From Octopus sinensis (taxonomy: Eukaryota), in contig NC_043002.1 of NCBI RefSeq assembly GCF_006345805.1, positions 19,654,001 to 19,718,000 on the forward strand: 64,000 bases of DNA. The letters run 5' to 3'. Positions 1-13,004 of this stretch are shown here, one piece after another (the stretch's first letter is position 1; each line of letters begins with the position of its first letter). Position numbers and translations under genes: made by a program. The notes under the pieces are model-generated. The model saw only the letters and a program-made list of their open reading frames with translations, made no database searches and was not told where the DNA came from.

Positions 1-379
1 CGAGGAACCAACAAACGTGATAACAATAGTTAAACAGTAATAACAATAACAACAAACCTTACGATGAATCAGAAAGCAGTAAGCAGTTGAAGCTTTAGTC
101 CTTTATGTATTAGAAATAAACCAACAGCAGTACTCTGTGGAAGCGGCTGTTCGAGAAAACAGATATTACATACAGCCAAACTTCATATAGATACTTAATG
201 CTAGCTAATTAGCAGATAATCTAATGTAAAAGCACAGCTCCATCTGGACTATTCCATTTCTGCACGCTAATTTTATTTTTAATTTATTCCCATTCATGTG
301 AAACCACTTATTCAAGTTCAAGTCATTGATGCAATTTTATACCAATTGCTATTTTTACTTTTGTTATGTTACGATTATA

Positions 380-558
380 TTATACTTTAGTTTGATTTTA
401 ATTATTACTTACTACATATAATTCAATTTTGCCCAAGACACTCCCCGGACCCTAAGTAAGGCATGTGTAAAATTTGAATGAAATTGGTTGTGTAGTTCTA
501 AAGTTTTAGGGAAACACACAGACAGACAGACACACATTCTCAGTTTTATATATATAGA
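380..558 (-). mobile_element. Helitron-like non-autonomous element, 5' end (left boundary uncertain)
   Basis: The minus strand reads A|TCTATATATATAAAACTGAGAATGTGTGTCTGTCTGTCTG from 559. A 5' TC after a host A, followed by a (TGTC)n tract, is typical of Lep1-like Helitron 5' ends. Confidence 0.5.
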
Positions 559-731
559 TTATGCTTCAAGTCAGTTCTCATCAGCAGGGCTATGATAAAA
601 GAGGTTCCTGACGAGCCCATCCTATCCCTTTTTTTTCTATAGATATAATGTAATTAGGATTACTCTTAGATTTTAGAACTAGCATTTTTACTTAGGATTA
701 CGTTATCAAATAAATCCTTTCCTTGGTACTA

Positions 732-790
732 CTAGCGAATACTGGTCCCGGTGCGCGCACACGCGCAGTCACGCGTCCGCGCTAGCTAAT
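732..790 (-). mobile_element. Helitron-like 3' terminus (GC-rich hairpin followed by CTAG|T)
   Basis: The minus strand has TGCGCG-TGTG-CGCGCA (hairpin), then 16 nt, then CTAG (732-735) followed by T. Confidence 0.4.
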
Positions 791-1005
791 CGTAAGTAGT
801 TGATTCTACAACGACTTGCGCGTATGCAAATGAGTTGATTTGCGCATGCGCAATACATACTTGTATCACACGTGCACGATAAATGTTTGCGAACAAAATA
901 AAATAATTTTTTACAGAATAAAATAAAAGAATTTTTTAAAGAAAGTAAATAAATTATTTCTTAAAACAATGTATATGATTTTTTTACACAAATCAAATAA
1001 AAAGC

Positions 1006-1830
1006 GGATCTTTTCCTTTTGAACGGCAGTTTTCAACACAATTTCTAGTTAACTAAACACTTTTAAACTTCGTATACTGGTAGAATGTGTCAAAATAAAA
1101 CATTTTTTTTCTCTTGGCTTTCTTGAGAAAATTGTAATTTGTAAGTTTAACGTAGTTTAATTTTTCGAATTTTAACCAATCCTATGCTCTCTTTTGAACT
1201 AAAATCATTTGCTGCGTCTAAAACTGAGACAACATCCTGTCACTAACCCTAACCCTAAATTTTAGCCTTTCGTTTTTTTTCTTAATTGTTAAATTAATTT
1301 AATTGTTACGCGTGTGTCTAAAATTATTCGTTTTGTTTTTGCTTTCGTTTCTTTTTCTTAATTGTTAAATTAAAATTATTTTCCATTTCTTTCGGTTTTT
1401 TTTTCTTAATTGTTATCCTTAAATTAATTTAACAATTAAGAAAAAAAAAAACGAAAGGCTAAAACGAAAGTAAAAACTCAAAACAAAAACAAAACGAATA
1501 ATTTTAGACACACGGGTAACAATTAAATTAATTTAACAATAAAAAAAAAAAATGAAAGGCTAAAATTTAGGGTTAGGGTTAGAGTTAGGGTTAGTGACAG
1601 GATGTTGTCTCAGTTTTAGACGCAGCAAATGATTTTAGCTCAATAGAGGTCATTGATTGGTTAAAATTCGAAAAATTAAACTACGTTAAACTTACAAATT
1701 ACAATTTTCTCAAAAAAGCCAAGAGAAAAATGTTTTATTTTGACATTCTACCAGTATACGAAGTTTAAAAGTGTTTAGTTAACTAGAAATTGTGTTGAAA
1801 ACTGCAGATCAGTTCAAAAGGAAAAGATCC
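1006..1830. mobile_element. Foldback/MITE-like element with long inverted arms (~400 bp) and internal TAACCC/TTAGGG tracts
   Basis: GGATCTTTTCCTTTTGAAC at 1006 is the reverse complement of GTTCAAAAGGAAAAGATCC ending at 1830. Arm complementarity continues inward to about 1400. There is no ORF. Confidence 0.8.
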
Positions 1831-1954
1831 CCCTTTCCTATTTATCAAGACAGCAGAGTATTATCTCAGATAGATTTGACTGCTATTTCTAGCAGATTGA
1901 GTGACTATATGGAGGCTTCGATATTCCCTTTTATTTAATTATTTGTGTTTCGTT

Positions 1955-2122
1955 TAACCAACGGTTTCCAAACTCAGCTGTTCTTGGAGTGGATGAATAG
2001 TTTCCCCCACAACAACGTAGTTGACCAATCAGCGATCGTCTAGGTGTGACGTCAGAATAACTTCCCCTTCTTACTACGGTTAAAAATTACAAACGAAGTA
2101 AAACCCCGGCAAACTTAAAATC
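1955..2122 (+). promoter_or_regulatory. Putative proximal promoter of the MAD2L1BP-like gene
   Basis: Myb/MSA-like CCAACGGTT (1958-1966), CCAAT (2025-2029) and a perfect CRE TGACGTCA (2047-2054) lie in a CpG-retaining patch just upstream of the ATG. Confidence 0.4.
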
Positions 2123-2305
2123 ATGGCTTGTAGATCAGCTGTACATCCAAATTCTGTCGTCTGTGATATACCTTTTAAAGGCATTATTGACACAGAAATT
2201 AGGGCTTATTTGCTCAACGAACTCATCAAATATATTTTATATGAGAAAAGCCAAATGCCTGAGATGTTTGACCAACTCAAGAAACATATCAATGTTCGTG
2301 GTAAA
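2123..2305 (+). CDS. MAD2L1BP: MAD2L1-binding protein (p31comet)-like, coding exon 1
   Basis: ATG at 2123. LLNELIKYILYEKSQMP resembles the p31comet N-terminal ELLKHIMYQRQQLP motif. Donor GTAAGT at 2306, phase 0 (61 codons). Confidence 0.8.
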
Positions 2306-4481
2306 GTAAGTATATATATATATATATGTAATTATTGTTGAATTTCTGTTTGGAATATTGGAAAATTTTTATTCCTGTTTTCGTTTGTTTTTCTTTATAA
2401 AGTTTAATATTAATTTTAGTAATATACATATTCTATAGTGTTGAAATATGCTTATTTCTTAAAATAACAACGTGACTTTTCCCTCTGTTGAAGTATTTAA
2501 AAGTTTTCGTGTTTTTTGTTACTTCAGGCAAATATAAAAATTCTTAAAAATACTTCAAAAAATAAATATCATGATTGGTTATTTTTACATTTAAACTGGA
2601 TATTTAAATTTGTGCTGGCAAACAAAATAGACACCCTCGACTGAATAGGAAACCCCAATCTACGGTTTTATATAACACTAACCGAAAAATAATTTACTTT
2701 ATATTATTTTTTGAAATTACTAATTGTTAACGTAGGAGTCTGTACGTGGTCGTTCGATCTGCTAGAAAGAAATACCAGGAAGGATACAATATAGTCTAAG
2801 GTACAAAATTTTCAAAATAGGGAGTCTGCTGACTACAAACGAAAATAGATAAAATAAAATAAAAAGACGGGAGGATTACGATTGGAAAGCTCTTACAAAA
2901 GACGGACATTAGGAAGACAACGAATTGTCCGGTCTTAAAGATATTCAACTTTTTAAAGGGAGAGCTAAACCCCTCCTTTAAATCAGTACATTTTAAAATA
3001 AGATTTTAATTTCGTCCCCATAATCGTAACCCCAACTCCTAGAACTTTGTTTCCTTTAACATTTAAAAAACAAATAAAATCCTTGCATGTACATAGGAAT
3101 CAACAGACTTCGTGTTTAGAAGATTTTCTGTTTTGGAGCTCAAGTTCTTGGATATCCAAAGACAGTATGTTCATAGCTTTAATCACATAGCATTATCATT
3201 CCCAAACACTAAGATACGTCTGCAACACTACCCAAAAAGACTTTGCTGTTTCCACTAGAAAACACGACAGCAATCTCCCTCGCAATAACTATTGGTCCGG
3301 TCCTTTCGAAAGAAATGTAACACCATTGTAGCGGGCTGGATGTGATGTGCCATATCAATTCGATATGAGTAGCCCACTACTAAATGTAGCGTGTAGATGT
3401 AACGCTGCAAGGTTCTCGTGTCAGAGTAACCAGTAAACATCGAAGAATCAACACTAAGAAAGAAGAAATATTATTTACATATGTTTATTCGTTTGCCCGA
3501 CAGATAAAGAGATAGTAGCAATTCTAGTGATAGTGACAAGAAGGATGGCTCGCTGGTTAGTAGCTGATAGTGTAGAAAAAGGTTGTCTGTCACCAGTGAA
3601 AGAGTAAGGAATGCACAGTGCTGACTAGAAAGGAAAGAAGGATAAAGGCAGCACTGGCATTGACCATGCTCAAATCGTGCTTTTTACGTGCCATCGGCAT
3701 GGCAGAAAAAAAAAAGTTGATTTGATCGACACACTGAAAGAAGCCTGTCTTTTGTGTGTCTTTCCTTGTCTTGATATCACATCATTGTGATAAATGAAAG
3801 TCACCATCAAACAGTATCTTTCATTTCTAGTCTTCCATAAAAACATGTCCAGCCATGGGAAAATATTAACTTGCTTGAAACATGTCAGGGTTGGTGACGA
3901 AGGGCATCTGGCCATAGAGAATCTACCTCAATGAATTCTGTTTGACCCATACAAGCATGGACAAGTAGATATTAAACCATTGATGAGGATGACACAAGGC
4001 CATAAATATTGTAGCAAAGGTCCAATCAATTTATTTTATCAACTCCAGAAGGTTGAAAACCAAAGTTGATCCCAGCAGGATTTGAGCTGGAAACAAACCT
4101 ACAACTAAATAAAAGTCATTTTTTAATGTTTTTCTGACTCTACCAAGCCATCAAAAATTCAATAAACATTTATATTAAATGCACTAAAACACCTTTTACA
4201 TAATATTCCTTGTTGAAATGGGTGTAGAAGGTCATCAAATATTTTCATTTTTAGTATTATATCAATTAGCTCTTTAAAATGAAGTTCTAAAATTGAATGT
4301 AATTATTTAATTCACTTCCTAAATTAGTTTTGGCCTAAAACAGCCTCACCTCCATCATTATTTTATATACTTCATTTTTATTTATATAATTTTTACTTAA
4401 TTTTTCATTTCCATATTTTTAGTTTTGTTTCCATTTTAAATTCGTATATTATAGCTTCATTTATTTATTTTCTTTTTTCAG

Positions 4482-5120
4482 AATGCAAACCCCAAGAGTT
4501 CAAACAAGAATGACAGACAGGCTTTCTTACTTTATTCTAGCTGTGAAAAGTTATTTGGAAGTATTGTGGCTAATTTCCAAACTAACCCCCAAATCCAAGA
4601 GTGTGCCATTATCCTTGGTTCCTCAGCTCTCAGCCCCAAAGAGGTGTTCCACATCACTTTTCCTCCTGCAGACTCTAGTCAACACTCACAAAAGCCCCTG
4701 TCTGCCAAAGACTGCAAGCGATTTCTTTTCTTACAGATTTTCGCAAAGGACCCATTCTTTAGTGGTTCAAGACTCCCGTGCACCAACATGCATGTGTTAC
4801 TGCTTGGCCCACGCCAGCTTAAGTTGACTGGCTTCTCTGCCAAACCTGTCTACAAACCTTCAAAACGTGGACAACATTATTACTTGAACTTATTACAAGA
4901 TAGTGACCCAGATGATGATGAAGTCTCTTTCCATCCTAAACACAACTACAGTCATGATTTGTCTGGGTTTGAACCACTCATGCCATCCAAGAAAGATGAC
5001 AGTGTCCTGAGTGATCTTCATGCCTTAAACCTTTTGGACGATGATGACGACTCTCAAATATGGTATCAGGCAAACATTAGTGTAAAAGGTTATCACATAA
5101 CTATGCCAAAACATTTATAG
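4482..5120 (+). CDS. MAD2L1BP: MAD2L1-binding protein (p31comet)-like, coding exon 2 (terminal)
   Basis: A polypyrimidine tract and CAG end at 4481, and phase 0 matches exon 1. ECAIILGSSALSPKEVF resembles p31comet LILLGGNALSPKEFY, and the C-terminal IWYQANISVKGY resembles IWFQAPVTFKGF. The spliced product is 273 aa. Confidence 0.88.
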   Translation, partial: NANPKSSNKNDRQAFLLYSSCEKLFGSIVANFQTNPQIQECAIILGSSALSPKEVFHITFPPADSSQHSQKPLSAKDCKRFLFLQIFAKDPFFSGSRLPCTNMHVLLLGPRQLKLTGFSAKPVYKPSKRGQHYYLNLLQDSDPDDDEVSFHPKHNYSHDLSGFEPLMPSKKDDSVLSDLHALNLLDDDDDSQIWYQANISVKGYHITMPKHL

Positions 5121-6199
5121 CTCACATACTTTCTGAAAAGAATTTGGCTGAAATGGATGGACAGGATATGAGGATTTGAGATTCTGGTTTATTAAAATTG
5201 ATAACGATGGGATAAAATGACTTGCAGTATTTATATTCCTTTATATTCTGGGTTCAAATCCAGCCAAGGTCAGCTTTGCCTTTCTTTCTAGGGATAAATA
5301 TAATAAAATACCAGTCAAGTTCCAGCATTGATTTAATTAACTATACACCTTTTCACCAAAATTTATGCCGTATTTGTTTTATTTCTATTTTTATCATCAT
5401 TATGAATTTATGCATGTATATGTGTGTATAGAGTTTTTACATACGCACAAACAGAATTGGATGTTGCTATTAAAGAATGAGAACAATTCAAAACTATACT
5501 ATGTATAGAGTGGATATATTAACATAATGACCGGTATGTAATTAGTCCTATTTCTTCTTTAGACTTTGTTGGAGAATTCTAAAGGCTAGTTTTGTAACAC
5601 ACACACACATGTATGTACCCATATATACATGAACGCACTTAGTCATGTGTTGCTTCTGGTTTAACCTTTAATTTAATATGGTAAAAGAAATACCTGTAAT
5701 AGTTGGTGTCACTCCAATTAAATTTACTTGATTCTCTGAAAAATTTAAAAAACCTTTACCTAGTTGATCTGTCATTTATTTATTCTAGGTCATAGAGAAT
5801 TGGGTCTCAGATCAGATTTTAATGGTCAGATATCACAAATCACTATATTACTTATGCCTTTGAATGAGACATGAATGTAACACTATATTTCACTCTCTGT
5901 GTAGCTATAGCTTTTTAATTATCAAATAACATGTTAATTATTAACTGGGCATATCTTCTTAAACAAATTTTTTTTACTTTCCTACCTGTTGGCTGCCCTA
6001 GGTGAAACTAGTTTGTCATTGTTCTAGAGGTTGGATCACATCGATGTACAGCAGTATCTGCTCGGTGATCAAACTCAGAGGCCATATAAGAGAACATTCT
6101 CTAATGACATACTCAGTCTGAAAAGGGTGCCCTTCACATCACTTCTGTACCTTCTGTCTATTAGGTATGTTAAGGGACATTCTTCTTGAACTGAGTTAC

Positions 6200-6352
6200 A
6201 TCATCATCATCATCATCGTTTAGCGTCTGCTTTCCATGCTAGCATAGGTTGGATGGTTCAACTGGGGTCTGGGAAGCCAGAAGGCTGCACCAGTCTGATC
6301 TCGCAATGTTTCTACGGCTGGATGCCCTTCCTAATGCCAACCACTCCGTGAG
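6200..6352 (-). mobile_element. Short 3'-end copy of the RTE-type LINE family with (GAT)n tail
   Basis: (CAT)n-CGTTTAGCGTCTGCTTTCCATGCTAGCAT...GGATGCCCTTCCTAATGCCAACC is shared with the longer copies at 40190 and 60978. Confidence 0.75.
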
Positions 6353-7754
6353 TACAAGTGTTATATTGCGTCCATGTACTATGTTAATGTCATGTCCGAA
6401 ATCTTAGAAACCAAAGTGATCATAACCATACCAGGAGAATATGAGATGGTAACAGAAGATGTGTTTACCATGACAAGTCAATAAGCTTGCAATTTTGAGA
6501 GACAAGTCCATGCTGGTCACTGTCTGTTACAAGACTGAAAGTGCTGTTAAGGTGTTTGAAGTCTTCTTTGGTTCATATCTCCAAGTGAATGGGAACAGGT
6601 ATGTAGTTATGAGGAAAGTGGCCAATTTCAACCAGAAATGAGCTGTGCAAAAGCTATTCCTGAAATTTCAAACAGAAACATTTACATATAAAGAAAGTTC
6701 CCTTATTTGTTGTCTTACATCTGGCTCCATACTGTACATACTGGGTTGATCTTTGAAACTATTCTTCTTCATTCTACTAGGCTCATCAGGCATTTGCCAA
6801 GTGCAAAAGTACCCCTGTTGTTTCAAGCCATCAAGATCAATCATGACAATATCCATCCCATTTCTTCAATGTCCCCCCCAGAGCTAGCCTCTATCCTTGC
6901 CAAACTATATCTTTCTTTACAAAGATCTGTCTTAATCTTTGAAAATCCACTAAAATTTGTCTCATTCCAAAGAAGAGTAACCTCTCTGACTTGCTCTCCT
7001 CTCTAACATCTCAAAGATGAGGAAAATATTTTTTAACAACCTCTTTCTCCAACACTATGACAAGTACATTTTTCCATAAAGTCAAATCAACCAGGGTCCT
7101 AGTGGGCCTCACTGTAGAGAAATTTGTTTAAAAATAGTGTTGCCATTGTCAGTTGCCAAACATTTGACCATCTCCTGTATGCAAATCTAACAAAACTCTG
7201 CTTTCTTGTCAGATTGCCTCATCACTGCATATGCTGATGGAGCTCTCTCTGACCTTCACTCTATCATCCTCTGGTGTGCTCTATATTTGGGGCAGTTCTG
7301 ATACTACACAAACATCCTAGTCCACTTGCAAAAGAAAGCAATCCACTGATTGTCATGAAGTTGCTCACCAAAACATTCCAAACTCTGGTCCACATGCATG
7401 CTGTCATCTCATTCTGTATTTTCTATCACTTCTACAATTGGTGTCTGCTCCTTTGAGTAGGCTTGTATTTTTTTAATGGCCCCCCCCATTTCTACTCTTG
7501 GCACCCTTATTGTATCCAGGTTCTACTCTAACCATCTCACTCGGATCTTCCTTATCTATAATTTTCTGAACGTCTATCACTTCCTATGTTTTACATAAAA
7601 TTTTCAGCTGTTGGAGAAAAACTTTAGCTGCATTAATTTCGCTGATCTTAGGACCTTCAAAGGTCATGGAGTCAATTCTTTCGTTAAATTGTGCTGTTAA
7701 AAAAACCCCAAAAAAACTTTAATGCTTATATTGCCTCTGTAATCTGTTACTGGT

Positions 7755-8035
7755 GGAGGCACATGGCCTAGTGGTTAGAGCAGCAGTCGAGGGATCACAG
7801 GTTTTAATCTCAGACCGGGTGATGTGTGTATTTATGAGCGAAACACCTAAGCTCCAGCAGAAGGTAATGGCGAACTTCTGTGACTCTTTCACCCCAACTT
7901 TCTCTCACTCTTTCCTCCTGCATCTTGCAGTCACCTGCGACAGACTGGCATCCCATCCAGGTGGGGAACCTATGCGCCAAGGAAACCAGGAAACTGGCCC
8001 TAATGAGCCAGGGATGGCTCGAGAAGGAGCAAACA
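7755..8035 (+). mobile_element. tRNA-derived SINE with V-domain-like core
   Basis: A-box-like TGGCCTAGTGGTTAG head and GACAGACTGGCATCCCATCCAGG core. Related copies occur at about 29141-29395, 30630-30850, 31070-31205 and 46840-46955. Confidence 0.6.
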
Positions 8036-8324
8036 ATCTGTTACTGCCTAACTACTGTACCTTGGTTCATGCTTCATTTAACCCAATTGGAATGCCTGCT
8101 CTTGATTCTTGTTAATAAGATAGGTTATCATGCTTAGGTGACTCATCTGATGCCAACTGTGTATGTGAAAGACATGTGATACCTTGGCTAATGGATGCAT
8201 TGAAGCTGCACTTTCTGCAAATCAAACCACGCTTAGTTGCCTTTTGTCATGTCAATCTTCTACATTTTCTCTTTTACCCAGCAATGTACTCATGGGTCAT
8301 GCATAGACCAAAGGTGTGCATCTA

Positions 8325-9410
<1,086 letters not shown>

Positions 9411-10621
9411 TAGATTTTCAAGTGCTCGCTACTTTCTACCAATTACCTAATGCAGCTAATTCAACATTGGCTTCAAATTTTGGCACAAGGTTAGCAATTC
9501 CAGGATAGGGACTAAATCAAATTATCCCCATTGATCAACTGGTATTTATTTCATCAACTCCAAAAGGATGAAAGACGAAGTTGATCTTGGAGGCATTTGA
9601 ACCCAGGATGTAAAGAAGACTAAAATGCCACTACATATTTTGCCCAGTGTTCTAATGAAGCAGCGAATTCAATATTAACTCTTGCATTCTCTAGAGGGTT
9701 AGTGAAAGTCATGTGTCAAATTTCTGAACTACACTCTGGGCATGAATGAAGATCAACTGAGCATTCTTTTCCAGAGGACTTGAGCTAGTGTTTATTTAAA
9801 AAAAAGGGTCTTCCCTGATCCTGTCTGCAGGTTCATAAATCTAGAACTTATCCTTATTTTCAAAGTTTAAGTAGAGAAAAATGAAATGCCAGTCTGTCGT
9901 AGGGTTAAAATTCTGGTACCAATGGTGTTCTTTCAGCCAAGAGTACTGGAACAATGTGATGTGAAATGAAATGCCTTCTCTGTCTGAGAATTAAATCTAG
10001 ATTCTAATATGAGCCAATGACTTAACCACTGCCTGCCATGGGCTTGTAGGTCTCTTTGGCCAGGGTTTATCCTAGATTCTGTGGTGTTTAAGTGACTGAA
10101 AGTACATGACTCTATCCGGAGTGGGATGCCAATTTCTTACAAGGATTAAAAGTTATGCTAGTTCAGTTTCTGAGCATTGTTGAATTGTGGAGTTATTCCA
10201 TACAACTGTTGCCACACAAGATGAATATAAGTTAGTTGAGTCCTGCTACCTTTTCTGGGAAGAAAAGTCAAACAGTTGTCTTCTTTCATGGCAGTGGTGG
10301 ACAAGACTGAGAGAACAGAGCTTTTCTTATCTGACCACTTCTTGTCGATCAGAGGAAGTGTATCCTCCAGTAATCACAACAGACCAGCAAAAGAGTTTAT
10401 TTTGGTTATTTGGTCTGCTAGAAGTAGCAACCTAATCGTTCCGAAATATACTCTGTCATGAAAAGGATAGGATGCAGTGGATAGTGTAGTCCTAGATACT
10501 CAGTGCATGAGTGAAGGATTGGATGGCCATGCCTTCAACCAATAGGTTGGTTGGCTTGGGGGCTAAACAGCAACAGAATTAATCTTAAAAGTACTTTGTT
10601 TAATCATGCTTCAAAATAGTT

Positions 10622-10623
<2 letters not shown>

Positions 10624-10682
<59 letters not shown>

Positions 10683-10692
10683 CACACACACA
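10624..10692. repeat. (CT)n microsatellite
   Basis: Long perfect TC run followed by a short CA run. Confidence 0.95.
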
Positions 10693-11365
10693 CTGAATTT
10701 TTATGCTTTATAAGTTGATTTAAATATATCGCAAAAAAGACATTTTTAGTGTTGATAGCAGTTATCTCCCTTAGACTAATGCTTTTTGACTCACGGTGTT
10801 AAAAACCAGTTTTTTTTTCTTTTCCTTTTTCTGTTTTTATCCCTTTATAGGCGAAACCTGATAATATATAGCCATAATTTATTACAATAAAGATGGTATA
10901 TATATCAGAAAATGTGGATTTGTATCTAAGGAATTATTCCTATATTTTTATTTAGAAAACTAACCTGTACATACTAACATGCAATTGTAGTTTTTAAATT
11001 TCTTTTTAAATGAAAATATAGAAATTCTATTTGATTTTACATTATATAAACATATTTTATATTCCTATAAAACCGTTATATATTCTCTTATCCTATCACA
11101 ACATCGCATAACTTGGAAATCTATTAAATGCGTCAAATACAATTATGTTTTGTACAATGAAGCCTTATTTTCCATTATCTTTTCTTTTTGAAGTGAACAA
11201 CTTCTTTTCTTTTTTCAGATGGAGTTTTCCATTGGTTGTTCATACATGTTTTGATATAAGAAAATAGTTTGATCACCAGCTTTAGACTCTATTTTAGTTG
11301 GCCTTCAGGAATGCAAAATATATTACTCAAATATTTCTTTACTTAAAAACTATTAGTTCAAAAGT

Positions 11366-11730
11366 TTACTCTTTTACTTGTTTCAGTCATTTGACTGCTG
11401 TCATGATGGAGCAAATCGACCTCGGGACTTATTCTATCAGTCTCTTTTGCCGAACCGCTAAGTTACAGAGATGCACACCAGCATCGGTTGTCAAGCGATG
11501 TTGGTGGGACAAACACAGACACACAAACATATACACACACATATATATATATATATACTTATATACGACGGGCTTCCTTCAGTGTCTGTCTACCAAATCC
11601 ACTCACAAGGCTTTGGTCAGCCCGAGGCTATAGTAGAAGACACTTGCCCAAAATGCCATGCAGTGGGACTGAACCCAGTACCATGTGGTTGGTAAGCAAG
11701 CTACTTACCACACAGCCGCTCCTGCACCTA
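11366..11730 (-). mobile_element. tRNA-derived SINE family A with internal (CA)n/(TA)n tract
   Basis: The minus-strand head GGCTGTGTGGTAAGTAGCTTGCTTACCAACCACATGG..GGGTTCAGTCCC and tail CAAATGACTGAAACAAGTAAAAGAGT recur many times in the window. Confidence 0.85.
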
Positions 11731-13004
11731 CAGCTACTTTATTTTATCAAATTTGCCATAGAGGCAGTACAAAGATGGAGAGCTTTGCGGGCTGGACAAG
11801 ACATTGATGAGGCGAATGATAAAGATGGGAGAAGACAGAAAGCGCCTGTCGACCCTCTGCTTCTCTGTAACATTGTTCTTTACCACACAGCCACTCCTGC
11901 ACCTAGTTTAGGTGATTAATTGCTTGGAAATAAATGATTTTTATATATCAAGAAACATTTCCTGACTTTAAGCTATTGTAACCAGTTCAGTGGATAAAAC
12001 TACTTAGTAGGATGACATTATTTATGAGTATATTGCTCAAAAGTTGGGATTGATTAGTTTCCTTGTCAAGCCACTCCTGTCACCAACCTTCAGTCCTTGA
12101 AAAGGCTCAGCCTAATGCACTTACCTCTCTATCGTTTTAGTCTACAAACTCCTGCACTAAACATACTCTAGAACTTCAGCTCCCTGAAACTCCCAAAGGG
12201 TAAAAGTTCAAGTTAAACATAATTGATAAAATTGGTGTTCAACTAGGACTTTTTCAGGTCTTCACTGGCCTATATATGTTCTAGATATCTATACTCCTGT
12301 AAAGATTGAGTGAAGTGTTTTGTATAGAATGGGATATGGATGATGACATGTACATTTGGTGGGCACTGACAGCCAACAGTAATCCATGAAATGTCAGATG
12401 TAGTTTGGTGTTTCAACTTTTTTTAATTCTCATTAGCTTCAATATGAAAAGACAGAGTTACTTGCTTTGTTAATTAATGCCTACCCTAAATCTAGAATTG
12501 GCAAATTATTTTCTCGTCAAGAAATGTTTTAAGGCTTAATCCACTGTTGTATACAGTGCAGAATCAGAAGAAATTGACAAAGCGTCTACCTCAAGAATTT
12601 ATCCAAAGGAGTTTGAAGTTCATTTTCTACAAGGAGTTGTATTTTTGATTCTTCTCCTTCTGCAGAGAATAGAGAAAAATGGTAGGAAAGTGCAGTAAAG
12701 TGGGTTGGAAGCGGAGAGGTGAAAATAGTGGCATAAAAAGGGAAGACAGTACTGGACAGAAGTACACTACTGTTTAAGCCCCACTTGATGCTGTCATGCA
12801 TATATACACATAAACATGAGTATCAAAGCTGCAAATTAGAGTGTTGTGGGGCAAAGAATGAAACTAGAAAAGGGGAAGTGGTGCTGGGGGATCAGACTAA
12901 ATATCAAACCCAGTATTCATTAAAAGGAATACTGGGTTTGATTTAACCAACTGGATACTTCACAGCAGCACTCCAGTAATGACTGAAACGTGTGTGTGTG
13001 TGTA

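Noticed and set aside
1240-1600. Real telomere or chromosome-fusion site
   Set aside because: Only 2-4 imperfect units are present, placed symmetrically inside the foldback arms.
3255-3457. 61-aa minus-strand ORF with an upstream acceptor-like site in the MAD2L1BP intron
   Set aside because: No recognisable protein motif, and its 3' part resembles the common GGGAGATTTGGCTGCTATTTCTAG repeat.
4483-4827. 114-aa ORF as a separate gene
   Set aside because: It is an out-of-frame overlap of MAD2L1BP exon 2. The splice phase supports the 4482 frame.
6360-7700. Possible ancient LINE remnant
   Set aside because: The composition is suggestive, but I could not read diagnostic RT or endonuclease motifs.
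7755-7825. Functional tRNA genes at SINE heads
   Set aside because: A/B boxes run directly into SINE bodies and no complete cloverleaf is evident.
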